Origin: Macrostomum hystrix
Taxonomy: Eukaryota; Animalia; Platyhelminthes
Length of the DNA: 64,000 nt
Assembly (NCBI GenBank): GCA_950097015.1
Contig: CATNEN010000039.1
Location: forward strand, 19,716,001-19,780,000
Reading direction: 5' to 3'
Shown: positions 11,238 through 27,500 of the stretch, in pieces
Numbering within the stretch: position 1 is the first letter of the stretch
How the letters are laid out: every line of letters starts with the position of its first letter
Made by a program: the position numbers and the translations under genes
The notes under the pieces: model-generated
What the model saw: the letters and a program-made list of their open reading frames with translations, nothing else
Databases searched by the model: none
Told to the model about the DNA's origin: nothing

Positions 11238-12571
11238 TATCGTATTTTAACTAAATAAATAATTGAGACCGTGTCATCTGTTTAAACTATTTGAATAGCT
11301 TGCTTCCTGATTTGGTCAAACCAATGAATATACGAGCGTAAATTACTTGAAAGAAACATTCTTAACGTCCAGAGAGATAAAAATCTCTTTTATATCGCTC
11401 GTATGTTTTTCTGCACGTAAACATTTCTTTTACTTACAACTTTACTATCTTTTCTCTTTATTTCATTCAATATATTTATTAACTAATAATGTGTAATATT
11501 TACACTAGCAAATAAACCGAACTAATTATTTGTACATATCCATCTATAGACTCCTAGCACATCAATTAACCAGGTATCCTGTGTGTATATCCATCAATCA
11601 TCCAGGTATCCAGGGCGTCAAAAAGACTCAGTGAGAGTGTAGTGAACACTGCCTGATGTGGAGAGTGTACACTCAGACTAAATTAAAGTAGTCCTTGCCC
11701 TTACTTGTCCCTACATGTAGAAAAGATGCAGGCTGTGTTCGTGAAAAAATAATCGGTGAAGACAGCACTAAAAAAGCCTAAAATGTAATCCGCACACCGG
11801 TTGCTACATATATGAAGCTTTACAAATTAATTACGTTTACACGCTACACAACTGTCCACATTGCAACATTGTTGAGTGACGGAGTTATAGTGCTTTTTGT
11901 GAAGAATGTTTAAACAACAAAAAATATTTTTTATCAGAGCAGTCCTTTAAAATTTAATACAGATTTGTCGCAGAATGCAGATTATAAAATGCCTGGAATC
12001 TATTTGTTTTTAAGTGTTTAGTTTTTTAGTAGCCTGAATTCGAATTATGTTTGTTCATAATCTTCAGATCTATGGGCCTAGTATATTCATAATATGTGCT
12101 AGTAATTGCGCTTATTTGCCCAGTATATCGTAATGCATTTTTTTGCAATATTGTGTCCGAAATGTAATAAATTTGAACTGCTGAAGCCTTTAAAACGATG
12201 TATATATATATGGCATTTTATAACATGACAACTCTAACACAATACAGAGATTATGATAGTGATACGTTTGATTATGCAAGCTAGAGATTATACAGAACGT
12301 TTTTTACTTCTCGGAAATCAAACGGAGTCTAAAGCTGTTTTATCGTGTTCGCTTCTAAAATAATTTCTATCGAATCGTTTTATACATGAACTGATTTAGA
12401 TTAATTGCTTTGGTTTGAGCTGTGGGGTTATTTGTCAGAGTTGTGTTACACTTTTGCACTTGTACATTGTACCAAGGGCCATGTCAGAAAGTTTGGAAGT
12501 TAGATTTCTGACTCTGACTCAATTATCTCACTCAATTGTAATCATGCTCACAAGAAACCTATGGCTATGGG

Positions 12572-12873
12572 CATACATGCGCAAGACCCAGCCGACCTGG
12601 ACAAAGCGGCCGGGTGAAACGAAGGCCAAGCAAGGTAAGTCGCAAAAACCAATCAACCAAGAGCAAAAAAATCAAAGGGGGGACCAAGGGACAAAAAAGG
12701 AAGGCGTGAAGAAAAGGAAAAAAGGGAGAGAAAAAGAGAGCAAAAGAGAGCAAAATAAGTCATAAATAGAGTAATGAAACAAACTAAGTCACAAATGAGA
12801 GCAAACTAAGTTGTAAATAGAGCAAAAACTAAGTTGCATGGTCGGCTAAGATTTGGGAGGTTGCGCATGTAGG
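12572..12873. mobile_element. hAT-like MITE, copy 2
   Basis: Same termini and purine-rich body as 5721-5955; flanked by the direct repeat CCTATGGCTATGGG. Confidence 0.8.
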
Positions 12874-14497
12874 CCTATGGCTATGGGCATAAACACAGGT
12901 TTTAGAATCAAGTGAAAGTCATTTACCCCAATTCAGGTTATTAGTTTTACATGTGAGAAAATTCTGGCAGATGCATACAATATTGTTGGACACTGTTTGT
13001 TGTTATTTTCTAGCCTTAACCTTGCTGTACATGTTCAACTTTGTTTTCTGCAGCAATAGATAAGAATGTATATATTAGAGTACATAACAAAATGTGTAAA
13101 ATTGGTTTGGACTTTTGTATCTTTCTATACACTAGGCTACCATACTTAAAAATGTCCTAATGTGCACTTAATGCTGTCCATAAATTGTCAAATTCTCATT
13201 TGATGGCTTGATGGTGTTAGTACAAATAATAACTGATAAAGAGGGGCATTTAACTTGTTCATATGAATTAGGGCCTATATAGATGATTCTCTTCTCTCTT
13301 CAAGTGAGTAGACTTGCTAGTTGCATAGGCCTAGAGGCAACTTTTTTGTTCATATACATTAATGCCATCAAACATCAAATAGTTAGTAAACATTTATATT
13401 TTCTTACCAATACTGAAAATCCTTAAGCATTATAATATAAGCTATAGAATAATAAATAAAAAAATAAATGAATTATATTTCATTTTTTAATCTATATAAT
13501 CAATTTATAACTTTTTTTTAAATTAGGCCCCCTAATGACATAGGCCTAGTGTTAGCTTTAAAATGATTCAATGTCAATGAGTATAAAAACATTTTTTTTT
13601 GATGCATTATCAGATAAAAATATAAATTAAATAATGGTTTAAATAATTGTTTTTATGGGTGCCTTTAAGTTTGCTACTTTGCTAGGTTATTTAGATTTGC
13701 ATAGCAGTGATACAAAATTTGGCTATTTTTTTCTGTACTTGTCAATAGATAACTATATTGCAGTTAAATCTAACTAGCTAGCTAGTAGACTTATACTATA
13801 TGTAAATCAGATTGTTAATTTTTTTAATTGTAGAAGCAGCTACATAGAATATATAAAATTGGAATAGAAAATGTCTATTACTTGTACTAGCTAAACCAAT
13901 ATCTTAAATAACAAGCAGTGTTATGTTTGTTATAACATTTTAGGCTGGAATAGTAGCTAAGCTAAATTGGGTTTTCTAATTATAGGAAATAAAAATGTTA
14001 TTATCCTATACAGTGGCTACAGCCTTATATTATCTAGTTTGCCGTATATACTTGTATATATAAGTTCATAAGTAGCATGTATAAAGATTAAAATGAGCAT
14101 TATCAAGTTAAAAAATCACTTTGTCTTGGCTTTGAATAGTTTAACAAGCCTTGTTTGAGGCTTAGTTGCTTGTTGGTAGAAAAAAGTATAAATTGAGTTA
14201 TACATTATATAGGACTTTTAGCTAAGTTCATTGTTAAAAGTAATGGTTTGTTATTGTAGTATTTTCTATGCCAAAATAAATGGGTAATTATATTTATGGC
14301 ATATTGTCACACTTATATTATATTATATTATTATTAATAAACACCCTTATTTTACTCATTTTATTCAGCTACTGTGGTCCATTGCCTGTCGACTGCTTAG
14401 GGTGCAGCAAAGTCTGCTCTACCTCCACTCTAGAGAACATTGTTCTCAGCTTACTGCTTGGAAAAGCTCTAAACTAGTTTATCAGTCAGTAATAAAA

Positions 14498-14860
14498 ATG
14501 TCAACAAATTCAGCTGCTACTACTGTGCCTACTGGTACTCATTCAGTAGTATATGTGACAGTTCCAAATCAACAAGTTGGAGAAAAATTAGCCAAAGGTA
14601 TAGTTACTGAGCGCCTTGCAGCCTGCGTTAATATCATCCCTGGTGTCACATCAGTTTACAGTTGGCAGGGCAAGGTTGAACAGGACAATGAGCTACTGTT
14701 GATAATAAAGACACGCACCAGTTTGTTGCCTAGCCTAACCGACTATGTCAAGGCTAATCACAGCTACGATGTGCCCGAAGTGATTGCCCTGCCAGTTCAA
14801 GCCGGCCTGCCAGCCTATCTGAACTGGATTAATAGCTCTACTAAAGAGCCGGATCTTTGA
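14498..14860 (+). CDS. CUTA: CutA divalent cation tolerance homolog (120 aa from ATG 14498; frame open upstream to the acceptor at 14368)
   Basis: VVYVTVP...LAACVNIIPGVTSVYSWQGKVEQDNELLLIIKT...HSYDVPEVIALP. Confidence 0.95.
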   Translation: MSTNSAATTVPTGTHSVVYVTVPNQQVGEKLAKGIVTERLAACVNIIPGVTSVYSWQGKVEQDNELLLIIKTRTSLLPSLTDYVKANHSYDVPEVIALPVQAGLPAYLNWINSSTKEPDL

Positions 14861-15049
14861 AATTTGTTTAAACTAGAACTAGCAATTCAAAACCGATTTG
14901 TACTTATAGTGAAAGTGCATGTTAGCAATTATCATTAATCATGTGTTCATTTTTTTCTTGCTGGAATACAAAAATAAAAGTACGAATATATTGTTTCTAT
15001 ATATTGTTTACTAACTGTTTTTTGTTTTCTTAACTATGTAGTATAATAA

Positions 15050-15240
15050 TAGTAATTGCGAGCACACAAGCACACAGATACTGTACGCAGGCACACGCTC
15101 ACACAGTAGTGTGCATCTGTGGGCCCCCAAACCTTCTCTCCGCGGCTGCGCCCCAAATAACTGTGGCCTCGCCGCGGAATCGAGCTCAGGGAACTTGGTA
15201 CGAGAGGCAAACGCGTTGACCGCTCTGCCACCCACCCCCT
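15050..15240 (-). mobile_element. tRNA-derived SINE family B (internally deleted)
   Basis: Minus-strand head GGGTGGCAGAGCGGTCAACGCG (A box)...GAGCTCGATTCC (B-box-like); at least 7 copies in the window. Confidence 0.8.
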
Positions 15241-15329
15241 TGATTGGCAGATTAGCAGATACCCAGATACTATTTATACTATGTAATACATTTTTGTCTG
15301 CAATTTTTACAGGCTTTTAATCGACTTAG

Positions 15330-17985
<2,656 letters not shown>

Positions 17986-19089
17986 ATGATTCTCCGAGGA
18001 GATAAAAATTGTCCGGGCTTTTTTCGTTAAGCATTTTTAACAGTAGGGGAATACCAAGGGGGATTTCTCCCCCGCTCCTGAAAATATTTTTTGGCAGCGC
18101 CTGAATGCTAAAAGCGTTGGGTGGTGACTGATTGGTTGACAGACTAGACGATGGTGTCCTGTTTTTAAGCTGCGCCCAGTATTTAGGCTCGCGTCAGGGT
18201 GTCCATAGTGGCCTAGTTCCACCTGTTGTAGCCCTTGAAGGTCCAGCAGTCCGTCTAGATAAAGGTAGGTGACCACCGAAGATGGAGATAAGGAAGGCAC
18301 ATTCGGGTGACATGCTGATCAATTTTGAAGGCCTGGCAAGGCCGCACTGAGGCGCAGTGCTAATTCCTGTATAGGGGTGTATGAAATACACTAGCTCTTA
18401 TGGGAAAAATCAGACCTTCGGCCAGAACCATTGAATATCTCGACCGTCGGAAGAGCTGGCGACTTGATTATTGTTTCATAAGATGCGCAACAAAAAGTTG
18501 GCCCGTGTTCTTGAGTTTCGTGTGCTTTGTTCCGCCCTCAAATTTTTCTATTGATGAGCTGTCTTCTTTCAATCGCTGTGGAGCTTCGAAATTAAAGACT
18601 TAGAGGTCGGGAGTTCGATTTTCTGCTTGTTGTAGTTAGATATAGTAGATATTGAGATGGTTTTGAGTTCACAGTCCATGGACTGAACAGCTGTAAGCGG
18701 ATTTGATAATCATCACGCTTTAGATGTACATATGGCCTTGCTGTTCTTAAGTAAAAGTTTTTATAAATCAAGGGCTGTGAAAGGAAACCTATTGTTTTTC
18801 TGTGATTCCTCAAGATTTCTTTACAAGCGTACACCTAATTAGTTTTTTTTACATTTGCTACAGATTTTGGCACAAAACTTTATTCCAAAACTTTTAAAGT
18901 AATTTCGAACTTCTAAATCCGTCCCTATAACTTGTTTGTAGTGCACTTTTGTTTTGTACGTAAGAAGTACTTGCTTTATTAAGAAATAAGGCATGTTAAT
19001 TTAATCTGATTTACCGTTTTTTATTCATATTTCTTGTTTGTTTTATTCCTGTTCGTTTTTTTGCTATGATTAAATTGTAACTTTGAAGT

Positions 19090-19745
19090 TTCTGTACTGG
19101 GAGAATTCGGGTTTCAGACTGGGAGATTGATAGTTTCGGTGTTGGGAGAATTCGGGTTTCAGACTGGGAGATTGATAGTTTCGGTGTTGGGAGAAATCAG
19201 CTTTCAGACTGGGAGATAGACAGTTTCAGTGTTGGGAGAAATCAGCTTTCAGACTGGGAGATTGACAGTTTCAGTGTTGGGAGAATTCGGGTTTCAGACT
19301 GGGAGATTGACAGTTTCAGTGTTGGGAGAATTCGGGTTTCAGACTGGGAGATTGACAGTTTCAGTGTTAGGAGAATTCGGGTTTCAGACTGGGAGATTGA
19401 CAGTTTCAGTGTTGGGAGAATTTGGGTTTCAGACTTGGAGATCGACAGTTTCAGTGTTGGGAGAATTTGGGTTTCAGACTTGGAGATTGACAGTTTCAGT
19501 GTTGGGGGAATTTGGGTTTCAGACTTGGAGATTGACAGTTTCAGTGTTGGGAGAATTCGGGTTTCAGACTGGGAGATTGACAGTTTCGGTGTTGGGAGAA
19601 TTCGGGTTTCAGACTGGGAGATTGACAGTTTCAGTGTTGGGAGAATTCGGGTTTCAGACTGGGAGATATACAGTTTCAGTGTTGGGAGAATTCGGGTTTC
19701 AGACTGGGAGATTGACAGTTTCAGTGTTAGGAGAATTCAGGTTTC
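19090..19745. repeat. 45-bp minisatellite, about 14-15 units
   Basis: Unit GTTGGGAGAATTCGGGTTTCAGACTGGGAGATTGACAGTTTCAGT. Confidence 0.97.
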
Positions 19746-19948
19746 ATAAAAGGCTAGTTTAGTTTCAATAATTTTTCATGCAAGTGTATAAATTTCCGTT
19801 TTTATATTTGACCCGCAGTTTAAATATAGTGCTACTCGTTTATTTCAGAACGGAACTATTTCAATAGTCAGTAATAAAACAAATAAACTCGGGTCTATTT
19901 AAGAAGCAAGAAAAATATAGTGGAACAATAGGATAAGAAATATTCAAA

Positions 19949-22900
19949 ATGCCATCCTCAACAGAGAAAGTTCTCCGACAAGTGATCCATGTAAGTGGCT
20001 TGCCCTTTAATGTTGATAAATTGATCTATTACAGTTTTGACCGAGTTTTTCGTATGGCAATGTTCCAATAATTTTAATAGGAGGTCTATTCCGCGTGTAA
20101 GCAGCGAGAGCTGTCAAATACTTCTGGCGATAACACTGTTGCCAATGAGGAACAAGCGGTTGCTATGGACGCTGCCACTGTACAAGCTCGACTAGAATTT
20201 CTCGAATGCTATCTAAATAGCGACGTAAGTTTTTTTAAGTCTTTCCAAAATAGTAGTGCAAAGATTCGTCGGATTCGAACTCTCGACGTACATAAAAAGC
20301 TTTAACAAAATTGCAGACCAACAGCCTATCCAATCGTTGCAAAGCCGGATCCGCTTTCATCGCATTAAAGACAAATTTTCAAGCTTGCAGTCTATCCAAA
20401 GCGTTGGAATACTTTGCTAGTAAGTTTTATGTGAATATTAGGTATTTTTAAAGTATTGCTTCTTTGTGAAATATTTATATTGTCCTACCTATTACTCTAC
20501 TAATAGCGGCAGTTAGGGAAAATATTTGTTAAATTAATATTTAATTTGTTTTGCTGATGCTGTCCTATATACGCTACTTAAAGTGACAGTATAAGAAGAA
20601 GAATAATAATAATTGCATAGGGGCCGCAGACAATGGCACATCATTTGGTAACACTAGACCCGCAGCCAGCGAGTAGGCAATTCTGCCCATTTCGCTGACT
20701 CCTGAGCACACTCGCACACAGATACTGTACGCAGGCATACGCTCACACAGGTTTGTACATCTGCCTGACTTTCTCATCGTCAGGCAGTGTACACTCTCAC
20801 TGTGCCTTGGCGGTTGGCCCTCAAGGGCGTAAATTGCACGACAATCCCCCAAAGCATTCTCCCTGCGGCTGCGCCCCAAATAAATGTGGCCTCGCCGTGG
20901 AATCGAACTTAGGGACCGTGGTGCGGGAGGCAAACGCGTTAACCGCTCTGCCACCGACCCCCTGGCAGTATAAGTATTTTGCTATGGTGATTTGAATCGG
21001 CCAGACTAAAAGTGCAACGACACGCATGTACACTACTCATTCACCATAGGCTCGACACTGCCTGTTCAGATCTGTCTAATCCAAGGCCTTGTATTTGCGC
21101 ACGAGTCTAGCCTAACGGAAGAGAGCGCCGATATCTTATTGGAGACATTGTACAGCGGTCTAAAACAACAGGATCTGGTGTTTCATTCTCTAACCTGCCT
21201 ATTGAGTCTGCTTAGTCTTGGAGAAGCTAATAATCCATCATCTGCTTCACCAGATACCATTGCTAGTCAGCAGCAGAGAAACTTTTTCACCGTCCCGGCT
21301 GTACTGCAGTCGATTCTCCGTCGCCTACTTGGCTTCTGGGATTCGCCATTGTATTTTGTACCAAATCTGACTGTGAAAATCTTTCACTGCATTGTGACTA
21401 GCTGGTCAACAGATTCTGGTTCGCCAAATCCTGCTTTGGCAGCGTTCATTGATGAACTATGGAGTATGCCGATGCTGTGTCGCGGGGCGCTTCGCTTCTG
21501 GTCTGTGCTTGTGCCACTGTTGGACGAAATTCGCATCATAGGCCTGTGTAGTCGCCTAGTCGACGCCTTGGATGTCAATTACACAGCTAGCGCCGCTGCC
21601 AGCCTCTTCGGTGTCATCGCCGGTGCTTTGACACAGCGCGGCAAAACTGATTTATTGTCTCAGATATTTCCGGATATGTGTCACCGGATGAGGCACATGT
21701 CGCCATTGTCGCAGAGAAATTTCTGCTGCCTAATTTTGCCAGTCTATATTGCCGCTGATAGCAGCTTTAACTTTAGTGCCCGGGAACTGCCAGACGGTAA
21801 TAATCCGCACGGGAATTTCTTTGACATCCAATGCTGGTGCAGCGTTGCCAAGCATTGCAAAATGCGCGGCCGACTGCCGAGAATGCGTCTGGCCGATCTG
21901 CGGATGGCTTTGATTCATTGTGACGAACCAACTAGAGCGGCTGCGCTGGAGGTTCTGTGCCTGTCTAACAAACCGGTTAGTCTGCTTTCATTCATAAGCT
22001 CATAGCAGAAGCTTGGTGACTGTTTTATTCCAGTAATTATTGCTTTTTAATCATTAGACAGTGATCTTAAATAGACATAAGGTCATTAGATTCTGGGGTC
22101 CTTAGATCTTGGGATCATGAGGTCATTAGGCCTGATTAGACATTAGTCATTAGACATCGGGGTAATGAGGTCCTGAGGTCTAAAGAACAATTAAATAATA
22201 AAGTCATACGATTATAAGGTGTTTAGATCATAAGGTTAATAGATCATTCGGTCATTAGATCATAAGGTCATTATATCATAAAGGTCATTAGATCATAAAA
22301 TCATTAGGTCATTAGATCATAAGGTCAATAGATCATTAGGTCATTAGATCATAAGGTCATTATATCATAAAGGTCATTAGATCATAAGGTCATTAGATCA
22401 TTCGGTCATTAGATCATAAGGTCATTATATCATAAAGGTCATCGGCTAAGGTCATTAGATCATTCGGTCATTAGATCATAAGGTCATTATATCATAAAGG
22501 TCAATAGATCATAAGGTCATTAGATCATTCGGTCATTAGATCATAAGATCATTCGGTCATTAGATTATAAGGTCAATAGATCATTAGGTCATTAGATCAT
22601 AAGGTCATTATATCATAAAGGTCATTAGATCATAAGGTCATTAGATCATTCGGTCATTAGATCATTAGATCATAAGATCATTCGGTCATTAGATCATTAG
22701 ATCATAAGATCATTCGGTCATTAGATCATTAGGTCAATAGATCATTCGGTCATTAGATCATTAGGTCAATAGATCATTCGGTCATTAGATCATTAGGTCA
22801 TTAGATCATAAGGTCAATAGATCATTAGATCTAGGTCTTTAATCTAAGTTCATCTTCAGCCATTTCAGCCTGTTTATAAATCAATTCACCCTTTCAGACT

Positions 22901-24482
22901 GGACACATCACGCCGCAGTCGCTGCAGATGATCCTGGAATTCTTCTGCCTTAACATGAACTCCGATCAGCCGCCGTTTCGTCAGCGCCTACTGGCCTGCT
23001 TTCGCTCGGTTTGCCAGCAGGTCAAAGACGGCTGCATTCAGGCTCTACCAGAGCTGCGCGCTCGCCTAGCAACCGAGACGCTGGTTGTTGTGCCGGAAGA
23101 CAAATACAACACCGAAGGTGACGAATCTGATGTTAGCCGACTAGTTGACTGCCTACTGCCCGACATCTCCGTGGCAACTAGAATTGCTCAATTCGATGCT
23201 GCGCCAACCGAAGAATTCTTAGTATTCGAAGACGACTCGGCTAAGAGTTCGCCGGATGCGTTGCTTAGCAACGTGAAGCTTCTGGCTCAGTTTGTTAGGC
23301 AGCTGTTGGATAGCAACGTTTGGTTTCCGGGTGCCTGCTATCAAAGGCAGCGAACCTGCGTTGAGTATTTGCAGATCGCATGTACTCACTATTTTGGCAG
23401 CTCGTCTGGTCTGAAAAAGCGCGGCTATCCTAGCGAAGTGTTGGATAAGGTGTGGACACTGGGATATCATATTTAATGCTGCGATATGGCTATAGTATAG
23501 ATTATAGTAATTGCAGGAGGGCTGCGGGCAATGGCACATCATTTGGTAACACTAGACCCGCAGCCAGCGAGGAGGCCATTCTGCCCATTTCGCTGACTCC
23601 TGAGCACACACGCACACAGATACCGTACGCAGGCACACGCTCACACATGTGTACGTACATCCGCCCCGACTTTCTCATCGGCAGGCAGTGTACACTCTCA
23701 CTGTGCCTTGGAGGTTGACCTTCAAGGGCGTAAATTGCAAGACCCTTTTCTCCGTGGCTGCACCCCAAATGAATGTGGCCTCACCGCGGAATCGAGCTCA
23801 GGGACCTTGGTGCGAGAAGCAAACGCGTTAACCGCTCTCCCACTCACTCGCTAGGACCAGGGGTTTATTGGAAGATCATGGGTTCATTGTGGGACCAGGG
23901 CCTTACTGAAAGATCAGGGACTTACTGAAGGATCAGGGACTCACTGAAGGATCAGGGACTCAACTGAAGGATCAGGGACTCACTGAGGGATCGGGGAATC
24001 AATGAAGGATCAGGGGTTCATTGTAGGATCAGGGACTCACTGAAGGATCAGGGACTCAACTGAAGGATCTGGGACTCAACTGAAGGATCAGAGACTCATT
24101 GAAGGATAAGGGACTCATTAAAAAACTCGCTTATTAATTTTGGGATATTGAAACCTTGGCAGGTTACCGAGTTCCTTCGACACGCCTTCCGGCACTTCGG
24201 CGCTCCAATGGATGGCGAGCCGGCCGCCGGTCGCCTTGTGGGCCGACTTCTCTGCTCCACTCTGCACTGCTCGCGAGACGTTCAGGACAGTATTCTCTCT
24301 CTTCTTGCCGAGTACTATCCCCTGGCTCGGCTGCCAACAGCTGGTCCGGCTAGTCTTGGCCGCCTCCTGCCGCTAGTGCTTCGCCGATGTCACTCTCCTG
24401 ACGCTGAACAGTTTCACGGAGCTGGCCGAGTGTTGGCCTATTTGCTATCTAACTCGGCCATTGATTTATTCTCATCCGCCAG

Positions 24483-24513
<31 letters not shown>

Positions 24514-27500
24514 CTGCCCGAGAGCGCCAGGCAGCCATTGCGTTTCTGCCTGAACGAAGTGGCAGCCGCTTTAGCCAAGGCTAAATCTGAACCCGCTAAT
24601 GCCGCCTCCGAGTGCACCGGTCATGGTTACCTGCTGGCTGCCAGCCTGTACCTTGGTCGCTGCGGTCTCGGCAGCGGACTCAGCGAGTCTAATGTCACCG
24701 GCCGGGGTCCAGTTATTCAACGGGATCTGTTTCGCGAGGCTTGTAACCTGTGCTTCGATCTAATTGCTTCCCTAATGTCTGTGATGGGCTATCGATCCGG
24801 TGGCGATGCTTCTGGAGCCGACCCGACCGAAGCTGCCGCGCCGTCATTCGAGGAGCTCGGCCGGGCGATCGAGAAAGCTGCCGGGGTGAGTTTAGATACC
24901 TGAAGTTATTCACAGTACCTGAAGTCATTCACTGTACCTGAAGTCATTCACTGTACCTGAAGTCATTCACTGTACCTGAAGTCATTCACTGTACCTGAAG
25001 TCATTCACTGTACCTGAAGTCATTCACTGTACCTGAAGTCATTCACTGTACCTGAAGTCATTCACTGTGCCTGAAGTCATTCACTGTACCTGAAGTCATT
25101 CACTGTGCCTGAAGTCATTTACTGTACCTGAAGTCATTCACTGTACCTGAAGTCATTCACTGTACCTGAAGTCATTCACTGTACCTGAAGTCATTCACTG
25201 TACCTGAAGTCATTCACTGTACCTGAAATCATTCACAGATAAAATTTGTCAGCTAACATTCCACCATCGTCATCCAGGTCGATACCGATCTGGACGAAGA
25301 CTTGCTGAGCGGTGCTCGCCTGTCGCCGCACTTTCAACGCATCCTTGCCTGGGCCTGGCGCAATCTGGCCCTAGCCGCCGACCTGCTTGTTCAACTGTGC
25401 GCCTCTCATTTGCGCCTCCAGCCGGCTACAACACCTGGCGAACCGGCCGACGGCGAAGGCGTCGTTGATTTCGACGGCCTTCGATTGGTTGGCGGCCGTC
25501 TGGCCGCGGTGGTCACCGGCAGCCGACACCGGGGCACCATCGAAGCTGTGGCCAACTCACTGCGCGAATTCTGCCAGCTAATTCGCTGGCAACCAGAGCT
25601 GGCCGATCTTCCAAGCGAACTGGTTAGCGCCCCGCTAGTTGCTATGGAAACGTCTAGTTATTCTGTTACTAGGCGGAGCGCCGGCCTGCCACTGCTGCTG
25701 ACGTCCGTTCTATCGGCTGTGTGCGCCGGGCAATGGTCCGAGCCGCTGCTTGACCGAACTGTGGCGCGTCTGTTGCGCTGTGTTGAGTCTGCTGCTGCTG
25801 CTGCTTCTGCCGCCGCCGCCGCTACTACTCAGGCGCTGAAGACAGGCGACGATGCAAGTGCCGACTCAGGCAGCGACAAGGTTCGAAAATTTTTGCCTTT
25901 TATGAAACAATTATGCCCACCTCTAACGGGGCTAAGTGGCACAGTGGTCTAGACGCGTTTACCTCTCGCACCAAGGTCAATAAGCTCGATTCCGCGGCAA
26001 GGCCACATTGATTTAGGGCGCAGCCGAGGAGATAAAGCATTGTCGTGCAATTATTTACACTTTTAAGTGGCCAGAATGAGAGTCTACACTGCCTAAAGAT
26101 GAGAAAGTCAAGTCAGATTTACACACCTGCGTGCGTGTGTGCTCAGGAGTCAGATAAATACGAGTAGACAAAATTAATTTCTCGCTGGCTGCGGGTCTAA
26201 TGTCACCAAATAGTGTCCCAAAGTGCCAACGCAGCCCTCCTGAAATTTACATTGTAGGTGGACAGCCCAAAAGTGCACGCTTTGAATCTGCTGCGCGCTG
26301 TAGTTCGCGAAGCGGCCCTCTGCAACGCCACGACTAGGCATCACGAGGCCATCACCCGGGCGACGCTGGCGAACTTCTCTGATCGATCCTGGGCTGTGCG
26401 CAATGCCTGCGTGCAGTTGCTAGGCGCTTTGTCGCAGCGCATGCTGGGAGTTGGCCGGCCTCATATAACGCCTACTGAGTTTTTCTCCGCCTATCCGCGG
26501 CTTCAGCGCTGCTTCCTGGAGGTTCTAGTCCGCGGAGCCAATCCCAGCAACTTCATTGCCCACCAGGCCACCGTGCCGGTGCTGTCCTTCTTGTCGCAGC
26601 TGTCCCCGGATCCGCCCACCGCCCTGCTGGACAATGTTGAACCGTTTCGTCAGCCCGTGGTTGCTCTGCTGTCCAGCCCCGTGTACGCCATTCGGCATCT
26701 GGCTGCCAAGTCTCTGGTTTCCTTCGCTCCGCCACGGGTTCGGCTGGATCTGTTGAGTGCCCAGGTGAGCACTAACACCTGGGTTATGACATCCTTTTCC
26801 TCTAATAGCCCTAATTATTCTGACACTTCTATTTGATCATCTGACACTTCTATTTGATCATCTGACGCCCCTAATTATCTGACACCCTTCATCCTCTGAC
26901 ACCCTTCATCCTCTGACACCCCTAATTATCTGACGCCCCTAATTATCTGACACCCCTAATTATCTTACACCCCTAATTATCTGACACCCTTCATCCTCTG
27001 ACACCCCTAATTATCTGACACCCCAAATTATCTGACACCCTTAATCCTCTAACACCTTGACTTGATCATCTGATACTGCTAATCATCTGACACCAATTAT
27101 CATCTGATACTCATATTCATCTGACACCCTTTAATCATATTGTAAGACTTGCGTACTTGTACTTCGCCCCGCATTGCGTCAGCTTGCTCCAGCCAATCAA
27201 TACCTCTTACGTCTTGTGCGCGCACTCAGCACTTTCAACTCTCACCTGTCGTACCCCCACCCCAATTATCGATCCATTAAATATATATTGTCGCCCGCGG
27301 GGCAGCGCTCAGTTGAGCATATTTTCGACCACAAATCATAGACTCTACACATATAAAACCCCCGATTAACTGACTGACATCTTTGACTTGCTTCTCTGAC
27401 ACTTCCAATCCTCTGAGACCCTTGACATAATCATCTGACAGCCATATATGATTATAATCATCTCACACCTTTAATCTTCTGATAACTTAAGACTATGACA

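Noticed and set aside
18360-18430. U17/snR30 or U5 snRNA
   Set aside because: AATTCCTG and AACCAT only loosely resemble m1/m2 and there is no ACA at the right spacing; the U5 loop GCCTTTTAC is absent.
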